Assembly (NCBI GenBank): GCA_044229145.1
Contig: JBGATO010000065.1
Span: 1 to 20,232, forward strand
Length of the DNA stretch: 20,232 nucleotides
DNA from: Candidatus Eiseniibacteriota bacterium
GTDB lineage: Bacteria > Eisenbacteria > RBG-16-71-46 > CAZEPH01
Reading direction: 5' to 3'
This document shows positions 1-13,127 of the stretch, piece after piece. How positions within the stretch are numbered: the first letter of the stretch is position 1; the number at the start of each line of letters is the position of its first letter. A program made the translations under genes and the position numbers. The notes under the pieces were generated by a model. That model did not search any database and was not told the origin of the DNA. It saw only the letters and a list, made by a program, of their open reading frames with translations.

Positions 1-651
1 CGCCGCGACGTACACCGGCGCGGCGCCGCGTTCGATGAGGTGCTTGACGGTGAGTTCGCCCATCTCGCCGGTGCCAATGATGAGCACCGGCCGGCCCTCG
101 AGATCGCCGAAGATCTTGCGCGCCAGTTCGACCACCGCGAACGGCACCGACACCGCGTAGGCGCCGATCGCCGTTTCGGTGCGGACGCGTTTGCCGACCT
201 CGAGCGCGTGCTGGAACATGCGGTCGAGCACGGTCCCTACCGCGCCGCTGGTGCGCGCCGCGTCGTAGGCGTGGCGCACTTGGCCGAGGATCTGCGGCTC
301 ACCGACGATCGCGCTGTCGATACCCGCCGCGACTTCGAACAGATGCTGCACCGCGCGTTCGCCGGTGAAGTGGAACAGGTAGCCTTCGAGCTCGTCGCGG
401 TGCATGCCGTGGCCGAGCCCTTCGGTGAACGCCGGGAGCGCCGCCGATTCGTTCTCCTCGGCCAGCGCGTACACCTCGCTGCGATTGCAGGTGGACAGCA
501 GCGCGCCTTCACTCACTCCCGGCCAGCGCCGCAGGCGCTCCAGCATCTCGGGATAGTCCTTGGTGGCGACGGCGATCTTCTCCCGCACCTCGACCGGCGC
601 GAGATGATGCGTGAGCCCGGCGACGCTGATGCGCGCGAGCACGTCGCTCAT
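1..651 (-). CDS. hemA: Glutamyl-tRNA reductase (partial; 3' end runs off the left edge)
   Basis: Not in the ORF track; translated by hand from ATG at 651: MSDVLARISVAGLTHHLAPVEVREKIA...LLSTCNRSEVY...HLFEVAAGIDSAIVGEPQILGQVRHAY...VGKRVRTETAIG...VLIIGTGEMG. It has the HemA motifs TCNRxE (catalytic Cys), GExQILGQV and the NADPH-binding GxGEM. The start overlaps the upstream stop (ATGA, 648-651). Confidence 0.96.
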   Translation of the reverse strand, partial: MSDVLARISVAGLTHHLAPVEVREKIAVATKDYPEMLERLRRWPGVSEGALLSTCNRSEVYALAEENESAALPAFTEGLGHGMHRDELEGYLFHFTGERAVQHLFEVAAGIDSAIVGEPQILGQVRHAYDAARTSGAVGTVLDRMFQHALEVGKRVRTETAIGAYAVSVPFAVVELARKIFGDLEGRPVLIIGTGEMGELTVKHLIERGAAPVYVAA

Positions 652-1484
652 AGGTGCATCCCGTACCGGCCGAGCATGCTGCCGCCCATGAGGAGCAGCA
701 AACTGAGCACGTAACCCACCACCGCGATCATCGCGCAGTGGCGCCCGCTCCAGCGAAACACCACGCGGCGCACCAGGTAGTAGACGTAGATGATCAGCGT
801 GACGAACGCGGCCAGGACCTTCGCCTGTCCCAATCCCCACTGATTGGCGCCGTGGGCGCCCCACACCACGCCGGTCACCAACCCGATCACCAACAGCGGG
901 AAGCCCGCCCACACCGCGCGGAGGCCGATGGTGTCGAGCGACTCGAGCGACGGCAACTGCAGGAAGAACTGCGAGAGCTTCTTGCGCCGGATCTCGCGGG
1001 CCAGCAGCAAGTACATCACGCCGACGCAAAACGCGACGCTAAAGGCCGCGTACGCGATCAGGAACGCGGTGACGTGCACCTGGAACAACGGATTGTAGAA
1101 GTCGGCGCCGGGCGGCGGTGTCGCCTGCCGTCCGGTCACGCCCGCGGAGTAGAGCAACACGCCGAGCGGCATCATGAACGCGCCAAGCACCGGCTCGCGG
1201 AACCCGGCGAGCAGCACGAGAAATGTCAGCACGACGATCCACGACAGCACCACCATCGCCTCGGCGAGGTTGCCGAGCGGCGGCCGTCCAGTCATCGACC
1301 ACTGCGAGGCGATCAGCCACGACTGGAGCATCCAGCCGAGGGTCGCCGCCGCTCCGGCGATGCGCGCCGCCGCCTGTCGCGCGTTGGGAATCAACAGTTG
1401 CGCGTACAACACGCCGGAGAGCGCGAACGCCAGCAGCGTGCCGCCGCGCAAGAGGAGGAGTGTGAGCGAGGAGTGCTCTGGCAT
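648..1484 (-). CDS. CcsA/HemX-family (cytochrome c assembly family) polytopic membrane protein
   Basis: 278 aa with about 8 hydrophobic segments. Motifs include GRPPLGNLAEA, HVxxxxxAYAAF, LPSLESLD, GFPLLxxGLVTGxxW and a C-terminal GMH. Translationally coupled to hemA. The WWD motif is degenerate. Confidence 0.85.
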   Translation of the reverse strand: MPEHSSLTLLLLRGGTLLAFALSGVLYAQLLIPNARQAAARIAGAAATLGWMLQSWLIASQWSMTGRPPLGNLAEAMVVLSWIVVLTFLVLLAGFREPVLGAFMMPLGVLLYSAGVTGRQATPPPGADFYNPLFQVHVTAFLIAYAAFSVAFCVGVMYLLLAREIRRKKLSQFFLQLPSLESLDTIGLRAVWAGFPLLVIGLVTGVVWGAHGANQWGLGQAKVLAAFVTLIIYVYYLVRRVVFRWSGRHCAMIAVVGYVLSLLLLMGGSMLGRYGMHL

Positions 1485-1560
1485 AAGAGGTCAGCCCGTG
1501 GATCGACGTCCGTGCGGGCGGGCAACGCCCGGGAGCAGAGGACGGATCCTCTCCGTTCGG

Positions 1561-2025
1561 CTAGAGAAGGCGCTCCTCCGCTTCCGCGAGGAGGTGGAGG
1601 AAACGCGCGGCGTCCGGTGCGGTCCGGAGCGCGGTCCGCACGGTGTCGTCGTGCACCAGGCGCGAGACGTACGCGAGGGCACGGACATGCGGGCCATGAG
1701 AGGCCTCAGGCGAGACCAGAAGGAAGAACAGTTCGGCCGGCTGGCCGTCGACGGCATCGAAGTCGATGCCGCCCGGCGCCACGCCGCACGCGGCGAGCAA
1801 ACGATCGCCGGTCTTCATCTTACCGTGGGGAATGGCGATTCCGCCGCCAATCCCGGTGGACATCAGGGACTCGCGGCGCAGGACCTGCGCGATGATCTCG
1901 CCGTTGGAGCGGACGCCGTGCGCGGTCTCCAGGACGTCGACCAGCTCCCGGATGACGTCCCCCTTGGTCGTCGAGACGAGGGGAATGCGCACCGCCGCTT
2001 CATTTAGGAGTTCCGAGAGCCTCAT
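1561..2025 (-). CDS. PTS IIA domain protein (fructose/mannitol/Ntr-type EIIA, PtsN-like)
   Basis: RESLMSTGIGGGIAIPHGK contains the phospho-acceptor His, followed by GIDFDAVDGQPAELFFLL. ATG at 2025 (MRLSELL) is preferred over GTG 2034 because GAGGTG/GGAG lies upstream. Confidence 0.9.
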   Translation of the reverse strand: MRLSELLNEAAVRIPLVSTTKGDVIRELVDVLETAHGVRSNGEIIAQVLRRESLMSTGIGGGIAIPHGKMKTGDRLLAACGVAPGGIDFDAVDGQPAELFFLLVSPEASHGPHVRALAYVSRLVHDDTVRTALRTAPDAARFLHLLAEAEERLL

Positions 2026-2149
2026 GCGCTCCACACCTCACGCCACCGACCCTGGTTGAATCGCCGGACCTTAGCACACGTGGGCGAAGGGTCACACCCC
2101 CCTTTGGCGCACCTGCACCCAGCCAAATGGTCGCACCTGTGCCCGTGAG

Positions 2150-2179
2150 TTGCCCGCGGCTCCGGGGTTCTGTTACGCT
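2150..2179 (+). promoter_or_regulatory. Possible sigma70-type promoter for the GGDEF gene
   Basis: TTGCCC (2150-2155), 18 nt spacer, then TACGCT (2174-2179) preceded by TGn (extended -10). Confidence 0.35.
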
Positions 2180-2325
2180 TGATCAGGGCACCTCCCCATT
2201 ACACAAACCGCATCCTGAGACCCGACAGCCATCCGAGAGGTGCAAGTGCCACACGTCCCGCACGTCGTGGCCGACCCAGCTTCCGCCCGCAGGCCACGCT
2301 CACGGCGGGTACATAGGCGCCCAGC

Positions 2326-3758
2326 ATGAAGCGCCGCTCCGTCGGCTACCGTGACATCCTGTCCCAACTCCTCGACCTCCCCGTGCTCTCGGCGGACGAG
2401 CGCCGGGCGATCCATGCTGCCCTGTCCACTGGCGTGCCGGAGGCGGAGGCCGCGCGCGCCCGCGCCGTGCTCGAACGCCTGGCCGCCGACGGTCGGGTCA
2501 TCCGCAGCCACCGCGAGGACCCGCGCGGCGGCCGCCGGCTGGTGTTCAGCACCCTCGACGGATTCTCGAGCTTCTCGTTCCCCGACGCCCAGACCGTCGC
2601 CCCGCCGGCCGAGCCGGTCACCCTCGCCCGCCCGCTCGACACGCGGCCGACCCTCGACCCGGAGGCGGTGCGCGCGCTGCTCTCGCTCCAGGGACGGCTA
2701 CTCTCGCGGGGCAGCCGGCTGCTCGCCGGCCCCGCGGAGGCGCTCATGCACGGCGTGATCGTGGCCCGGCGGCTCCTCGACGCCGAGCACGCCGCGGTGC
2801 ACCTGTTGCGTCCTGCGGCTGCCCGCGACACTGATCTCCATCGCCAGTTGCCGCCCGTCCCGCTCGCCCTGACGGACGAGGTCGAACGGGTGGCCCGCGA
2901 GAACCTCGCCCGCACCTTGCCCGACCTGACCCAGCGCACCGACGCCGCGCAGTGCATGTACCGTTCGGTGGCCCTGGTGCCGCTCGGCAGCGAGTCGCAT
3001 CCGGTGGAAGCCGTGCTCAGCGTGTGGAGCACGCATCCGGCGCACTTCGGACCGGAGCGCCTGGCGCTGCTCGATCTGCTCGGCGAGGTGGTGAGCGACC
3101 TGCTGCTCAAGAGCGACGCGCTCGGGCAGCTGGTATTCATCGACCCGCTGACGCAGGTCTACAACCGCTCGTACTTCAACATGCAGATCCGCAAGGAAAT
3201 CGCGCGGGCCAAGCGCGAAGGCGCCTCGATGGTGCTCTGCATCTTCGACCTCGACGATTTCAAGCGGCTCAACGACGCGCCCTACGGCTACGAAGGGGCG
3301 AACCAAGTGCTGCGCCAGGTCGCGGACGTGCTGCGCCGGCAGGTGCGGCCGTTCGACTGCGTGGCGCGCTGGGGCGGCGAGGAGTACGCGGTGCTGCTGG
3401 CGGCGCCGATGAACCGGCGGGACGCGGCGGCGATCTGCGAGCGCTTACGCCGCGTCGTCGACGGCACGCCGTTCACGCTCACCGGCCTGGACGGGCAGAG
3501 CCACCGCCTGCACATCACGATGTGCGGCGGCATCGCCGTGTATCCGCAGGATGGTCTCACCGCCGAGGATCTCTGGCGCCACGCCAACGAAGCGCTCATC
3601 GACGCCAAGCGCGGGGCGAAGAACGTCGTGGTGTTCTGGGCGAGCGACCGGCCGGCCTCCCCGGACGGCGGTCCGGCGGCGTCCCCTCCGCCACCGGCGA
3701 CGCGTGAGGCGGCGGCCCCTGGCGCCGCCCCACCCTCTCCGCCTGCCGACGACGCGGT

Positions 3759-3762
<4 letters not shown>
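2326..3762 (+). CDS. GAF-sensor diguanylate cyclase (GGDEF domain)
   Basis: DPLTQVYNR...[10 protein letters not shown]...GANQVL...[14 protein letters not shown] gives a GGEEY active site and an RxxD I-site. An upstream GAF-like segment (YRSVALVPL...AVLSVWS...[10 protein letters not shown]) and a Pro/Ala-rich tail are present. Confidence 0.92.
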
Positions 3763-6395
<2,633 letters not shown>

Positions 6396-6495
6396 CCGTC
6401 CCTCCGATTCGTGGTGCGTCGCGCCCTCGGGCGCGACTCGGTGTCGCGCATGAGATGCAGCCAGGCGCCCGAACCGGAGCGGGCGGCGACACGGC

Positions 6496-8618
6496 TCAGC
6501 GGCGGCGACGTCCTCCACGCGCCGGCGCCGGCGGCGCCCCGGTCACGTCGATGCCGAGGATCGCATCGCCCTCCTCGATCGCGTCCACCACCTCCTGCCC
6601 GCCGATCACCTGGCCGAAGATCGTGTAACGCCCGTCGAGGTGCGGCTGCGGCGAGTGCGTGATGAACCACTGGCTGCCGCCGGTATCCGGTCCGCTGAGC
6701 GCCATGCCGAGCGCACCCGGGCCGTACCGATGGCGATTGAATTCGTCGGGGATCGCGTAGCCCGGCCCGCCGCTGCCCGTCGAGTCGGGATCGCCGGCTT
6801 GGATGACGAAGTTCGGAACCACGCGGTGGAAGATGAGGCCGGTGAAGTAGCCGGTGCGCGCCAGCGTCGTCCAGTTCGCCACCGTCTGCGGCGCGTCGCG
6901 CGGGTACAACTCGAGGGCGATATCGCCGCGTTCGGTGTGCAACAAGGCGGACATCTCGCCCGCGGTGTCGAAGGGCACGGCGTCGGGTCGCGCACGGTCG
7001 CCCGGCCCGCGGCGCGCGGGGCGCGGCGGCGTGGGCGCGGCCCGCGCGGCGGCGTGGCGCTGGTCGAGGTGCATCGCGGTGCTGTCCGCCTGCTCGCGAA
7101 CAGGCGGCAATGGATCGCTCCACGCCGCGGCGATGCGCTGCCACGCCGTCCGCACCGTCGGCGGCTTGTCCAGCCGCGGCATGCGCGCTGTCCGAGCACC
7201 TGAAGCGCGCCGACGGCCGTCAGACGCGCATCGTCCCACTTGGTCGTCGCGGCGCGCGCGTAGAGCGCGGCGATGTCGCCGGCGGCGTCGATTGCCCCAC
7301 AGGCGGCCAGCGTCGACGCGGCCTGTGCGGCCATCTGCACGTCGTCCTCGCCCAACGCGGGACGCACCAGTGCCACCGCGCGCGGGTCGCGGCGACGCTC
7401 CATCGCGCCGGCGGCGAATTGCCGCATGCGCGGCCCGTTCGGCTGCTGCCACGCACGGCGCAGGAACTCCCACGAGGGTTCGCCGCTGAGATCGCCGCAC
7501 AAGTCGACGACCTTGTCGCGCACGTGCTGCGAGGGATCCCAGTAGAGCTCGCCGAAATGCGGCACCGCGCCGTCCTTGAGGATCTGCGCCAGCGCCGTCG
7601 CGCACGCGTAGCGCACCTGCGCCGACCCGTGGCGCAGCCCGCGCACCAGCAGCGGCACGTCGGCGCGCCCCCCCAGCTGGCCGAACGCCTGCGCGGTGGC
7701 CACCAACGTCTGCGTGCGCCAGGCATCCGGCACGCGGAACAGGAAGACCTGCGCCAGCGACTCCGGCTGCGCACTCGGCGGCGCGTCGACGAACGGCCGC
7801 GGGCCGGCAAGTCGCACGAGTGCCGAGTCGCGCAGCTGCGCCAAGGTCCGCACCGCGTTGATCACGACGCGCGGATCGCCGTCGAACAGCAGCGCCTCGA
7901 CATCACCGGCGGCACGCGCATCGCGCTGGCGGCCGAGCGTGCGCGCGGCGTAGGCGCGCACCAGCGGATCCTCGTCGGTGGTGCGCGCGCGTACCGCCGG
8001 GAGCACGCTGTCGGGCCACACCACCTTCTCGAGCGCGTAAGTCGCCTTCCAGCGCACGCCCGGATCGTCGTCACGGGTCAGGGCGACGAGCGGCGCGACG
8101 GCCAGCGAGTCCACACGACGCGCGAGCCCGAGCGCCGCCTGGCCGCGCACCGCCGGCATGCGGTCTCGCGTCAAGTCGAGCAGGGGCGCGAGCGGCGCGC
8201 GCAGTCCGAGCTTGCCCAGCGCCTCCGCCGCCTCCAGCCGCACGTCGGTGGACGGGTCGTGAGCCAAGCGCGTCAACGGGGCCTCCGCGCCCGCAGCCGC
8301 GATCTGGCCGAGCGTGAAGGCGAGGTCGGCGCGCACGCCAGGATCGGGGTCGCGTGCCAATCCCGCCAACGCCGGCAACGCGGTCGAATCGCGCAGGCGG
8401 CCGAGCGCGATCACCGCGCGCCGCCGTACCGCCGCATCGCCTTCGCGCAGCGCCCCGACCACGACGGCAGGGTGCGCGAGCCGCGCGCGCTCTGCCGCCG
8501 CGATCCGCCGCACCAGTGTCGCCCGCCCCGTGGCCGGCGCGGCCGGCGCCGCGCTCACCCCGAGTACCAGCGCGCCCACCACGGCCCAACCGAGCCCCAT
8601 CGCCCGTCGCACGTTCAT
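6496..8618 (-). CDS. Secreted HEAT-repeat protein fused to a cyclophilin-type peptidyl-prolyl isomerase; frameshift near 7180-7195
   Basis: ATG 8618 gives the signal peptide [26 protein letters not shown], then many HEAT/PBS-lyase repeats ([49 protein letters not shown]). A neighbouring frame carries the cyclophilin ([44 protein letters not shown]) with stop at 6496. The span is 2123 nt, one base short of a multiple of 3. Confidence 0.85.
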
Positions 8619-8707
8619 TCGCTCTCGTCCCCCGTCATGACGAACGCGCCCTCCCCGCCGGTGCGGAGAAGGCGCGTCGCAGTGTAGCGCGCGGCTGTCG
8701 CGGGCCG

Positions 8708-11700
8708 CTAGCGCGTGCGGGCCAGCCGCAGTTGTCCTTCGCTCAGGGTGCCCGCCGCGTCCCAGGCGCGCAGCAGGCAGAGATAGACGCCGTTGGCCGC
8801 TTGATCGCCGTCCGCGTCGGTGCCGTCCCACTGCACGACGTTGAGGCCGACGGCCGAGGGCGCCTCGAACGTCCTCACGAGACGGCCGGCCAGCGAGTAC
8901 ACGCGCACTTCGACGCGGGTCGCCGGGCGCGTCAGCTCGTACTGCAGGCCGGTCCGCGCCGCGAACGGATTCGGATAGGCATAGAGCTGCTGCACCGCCA
9001 GCGTCTGGCCGACGGTGAGCGGCACCGCGTACTCGACGCCCGGGAAGTGCAACGTCAGCGTGTGCGCGCCGCCGGCCATCGGCGTGCCGGCGAAGTCGAC
9101 CGTCGCCGTGTAGATCGAGTCGCCCTGCTGGCTGACGGCGCGCGCTTGCGTCACGCCGTCGAGGCGGATCTGAATCGAATCGCCGACGATCGGCGCCGGC
9201 GGCACGATGCGGAACGCGATGCGCGCATCGGCCGGCACGTAGCGGTCGACGTAGCGGCGGCCGCTCCCGGAGCCGACGGCGCGAAACGGCCGGTCGTTCA
9301 CCGTCATGTCGACCTGCGATTCGACGACGAGGCGGAACTCGCTGGTGCGCCCGGCGCGGTCGGTGGCGCGCACAACTATGTCGTAGTCGCCTTTGTGCAG
9401 CGCCACCGGCACCGAGCGCGACCACCGGCGGTCGCTCACCGCGCCGGTCGCCAGGGTGTCGCGCGGCGTCAGCGTCGCCCCAAGCGCGGCACCGGTGTCG
9501 GTCTCGCGCACGTCGATGCGCGCGGCGTCGATGCCGTTCTCGTCCTCGATCATCGCCTCGAGCGTCCCGCTCGCGGCGAGGCTCGGCACGCGTTGTCCAT
9601 TGGTGAGCGGCTGTCCGTTGAGCGTCACGCGGAGCGATGGCGGCGCGGTGGCCAGGCGGGTCGCGGGATCGCCGAGCAGGACGTAGCGCAGCGAGGCCTC
9701 GCCGTCGGTGTGGTAGTTGCCGCGGCCGGCATAGTAGCCGGTGTAGCGCACGAGGCCGTCGGCGATCAGCCGGCCGATGGCCAGATGCGGCTCGTGCGAC
9801 GAGACGGCCGGCGGGGCGGTCCAGAACGACTGGTTGATCGCCGACTGCAGGTCGACGTTCGGCCCCGCGTACTCGAACGCCGTGCTGCCGAACGACACCA
9901 CCGCACCGGCACCCGGCACCAGCACCGCCTTTTCGCCGAGCGCATCCTCGATGCAGGAGTTGAGCTCCTCCTTGCGCTCGAACTGCGACAAGTGGCAGCC
10001 GTACAGGAACAGCCAGAACGGCCGCCCGAAGTTTTGCAGGTTGCACTGGAGGTTGTGCCGCGAGTAGCTGCCGTCGATGCAACCGGGCTGGTCGTTGTAT
10101 TCCCAGATCACGCGCTCGTGCGCCGCCTGCCAGCGGTTGCCGTGACCTTGGTAGAGCACGATGTTGCAGCCGGTGGTGGAGTCGGACATCTCGCCGTACC
10201 AGTACGCATTCCAGCCCTTGCTCGAGCGGATGTTCGAGCGGCCGGTGACGTAGCCGACCATCTGCGACAGCGTCGGCGCGGCGAATCCGCGGTCGAGGTA
10301 CCGCTGACGCTCGGCGCTCGTCGAGTCCGCAAGGTAGTAGCGCGCCGGTGTCACGCGCGACAGCTTGGAGCCGCGCACCTGCGTGATCGCCGATTCGTGC
10401 GCGTCGCGGAACGCGCCCTCCCAGCCGTTGAATCCGTAGTCGTTGCCCGAGCCGCCGCCGAGATAGGTGCCGCTCGAGTATTGATCGTCGGCGAGCAGAC
10501 CGATGCGCTCGCGCCACGGCGCGTCGCTGCTGCGCGTCTCGTACGCCACGATCTTGTCGACCAGCGACTGCGCCTCGGCGAGCGAGCCCACCGGCAAGCG
10601 CCCGATCGCCAGGTCCGGCACGATGTCGGCATCGCGGAGCGTCGGATGCCGCAGGTTGTCGACGCACGCGAACCAGCCGTCGGCGGCCACCAGTTCGCCG
10701 CTGGCTAGGATGAGGTGCGGCGGCAGGATGTCCGGCGGCGTACTCGGCGATGCGCCCTTGTGGTCCTGACTGCCATCGCCAACCAGCACCGCGTAGGTGG
10801 GCAATTGCACCGCGAAGTAGCGTCGCAGCGCGTACTCGGTGCGCACCCCGCCGGCGAACTCGTCGAACACGTCCTCGAGGTTCGCCCACTGCACGCGCAG
10901 GCCTTGTGCGCGGCGCAGATCGAGGAGCGGTTGCAGCACCGTGCGGAAGCTGTCGGGGCCGACCACGATGTAGTCGGCCGCGGTGGCGGCATCGGCGAGC
11001 TGCGCCGCGCTGTCGCGCGCGACGTCGGCGAGCGGGATCTCGGGAATGTCGCTGCGCCGCGTGGCGACGTAGCGGCGCGGCGTCGCCACCACGGCACGGA
11101 CTCGCACCTCGACCCCGCCGCTTCCCGACACCACCTGCGCGGCGCGCTGCGCCAGCGACAGCTTCACCGGCGCGGTCGGCGTGCTGATGTCGTAGACCGC
11201 GAGCGCGGAGTCCGCGAAGCCGCTGACGTGGAACTCGGCATTGCCGCGCACCCCGCCATCGCGGAAGGTCAAGGCGTGCGTGTCGCTGACGTACAGCCGC
11301 GGGTAGAGCAACTCGGCGAAGTCGAGTACGCCGAACGTGAAATCCTGCACCGGCCCCGATCCGTCCTGGAACGTTCCGGTGTAGTGCAATTGCACCCGCG
11401 ATCCCGGCAGCTTGCTCAGCGGCACGTCGGCCACCGCGAGCAACGTGTCGTTCGGCGGGTAATTGCTGAAGGTGTGCGTGTCGACGTGCACGGTGTCCGC
11501 GAGCGGCAGGCTGACGTCCTGCAGCCGCATGGTCACGTCGTGCGTCTTCTCGAGTCCGGCGAGGAAGGAACCTGCGTTCGACCGGAACACCGCGCGGAAG
11601 CGCGCGGTGCCGGTGGTGGCGTGCGGCCCGATGGTGAACGTCGTGTCGATGCCGCTCGGCGTCGGATCCGGCGAGCACTGCGTGTCGCTGGAAAACCACA

Positions 11701-12947
11701 CGTACTGATCGCGCGCCTCGGCGTTGTCGGAGGCGTCCCAGAACGGCAGCATCGAGCCGTCGCGTTCGAGCCGCAGGCTGTCGGTGAAGCTTGCCGGCAC
11801 GGCCGGCTCCGGCAGGTCCGGCCAGCCGTCCACCGTGGCGATGCGCGGTCCGCCCGCGAGCGTGAGCCAGTAGACGTTGATGTTGCCGAGATTCTCGCGC
11901 GCATCCTTCACGCCGTAGCGATCCACGAGGTCGCTTCCGGTGAACACGACGTCGTCCACGCCGTCGAACAGCCCGTTGGCGTTGGCGTCGCGCACCTCGC
12001 ACGCCACCGGAATCGCGGCAGCAATGAGCGTGGTGTCGTTGAAGCCCGCATCCTCGAGGCCGACCTCCGCGACGGGACGGCCGGCGGGGAATCCGTGCGC
12101 CGCCAGCGACGCAAAGGACGCCCGCGTCAGGCCGGCCGTGCGCACCGAGAGCTTCCAGGCTGCCCGCTGGCCGCATGCGCCCGGGCAGCGCTGCCGGACG
12201 ACCACCGGCGGGCGGCACGGCCCAGGCGCGCGCGGCCTCCCCGTTGAGGATGGCGCCGGAGACGGCGCCCGCGGGCCACCCGCCCGCCAGCGTCGCCGTC
12301 GTGGCGCCCGCGCCAGCGCCGAAGTGGACGCGAGCCACGATGCGGGTCGCACAAGTGCCGCGGCCGGTGGCCGCCTCCACGCGCAGCGGCTGGAAGCTCA
12401 CGGGAACGACGGACACGTCGCGCACGAATTGCCCGGCGCCGAGGCGCACCCAATCGGAGGGACCGGCCAGCTGGCCGGCCGCGTAGCGCTCCGGGTTCGC
12501 CACCCGGGCTTCTTCGAGCATGTCGTGATCGAGGCCCACCGGCACGGCCGCGGGAGCGGGAGACAACCCCTCGTACGGCGACGTCTCGACCGTGAGGATT
12601 TCGACGCGGGGATGGGATCCCGGCGGCACACCGATCCAGGTGGCGAGCACCGGATACACGGGAGCCCCGGGCTCGCCTGCCAGCGACACGCCCGGCACAG
12701 CTCGTGGGAGGCCGTAGGCGCGGCCCGCCAGCACGAGAGTGTCGAAGGCCGCGGGAACATACGACGCCTCGACGGTGACACCGGAGGCGTCCTGGCTCAC
12801 CAAGCGCACGTCGGCTCGCGCCGCCGCTCCCGTCACCAGCATGGATACCGCGGCCCCGGCGGCCGCCCAGGCAGCGCACCGCACGCGGAGGTTCCGTCTC
12901 TCGCCCCGAGCGGGACGTGTCAGCGATCGCACACGAATGGCCGGCAT
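8708..12947 (-). CDS. C25-family (gingipain/PorU-like) cysteine peptidase with propeptide and C-terminal FlgD-Ig/T9SS-CTD-like domain; frameshift near 12150-12215
   Basis: The N-terminal frame has a signal peptide and a C25 propeptide-like region (GEPGAPVYPVLATWIGVPPG; VRDVSVVPVSFQP; ILNGEAARAW). The second frame has WKLSVRTAG, ADYIVV, EDVFDEF, VLVGDGSQD, PDLAIGRLPV, LLADD, YQGHG (His at 10142-10144), YGCH (Cys at 9995-9997), YVLLGDPA and a CTD (YAYPNPF...VYSLAGRLVR...WDGTDADGDQAANGVY). About 1410 aa if joined. The exact start is uncertain. Confidence 0.85.
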
Positions 12948-13056
12948 GATCTCCTGTCACTCAGCGGTGGGGTCTGGGCAGTGCGGGGGGCGTGCGCACT
13001 ACCCCTTGCGCGGGTCAGGGGTTCCCAGGCCGTGTGAGAGAGCCCCCGACGAACGA

Positions 13057-13090
13057 AAGCCGCCAGGCGCAACCCTGCGCCTGGCGGCTT
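13057..13090 (-). terminator. Intrinsic terminator after the 13128-13805 gene
   Basis: Perfect 15-bp stem AAGCCGCCAGGCGCA/TGCGCCTGGCGGCTT with a 4-nt loop, running into TTTCGTTC on the minus strand. Confidence 0.8.
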
Positions 13091-13127
13091 CCATCAGGAC
13101 AAAGCCGCCCCGAGCGGCAGTCGCAAA

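Noticed and set aside
6606..12947. 2113-aa ORF as one giant protein
   Set aside because: It is a mosaic of the C25 propeptide, about 1200 codons of Arg-rich out-of-frame read of the C25 gene, the HEAT protein (own ATG and signal peptide at 8618), and out-of-frame cyclophilin sequence. High GC suppresses stop codons.
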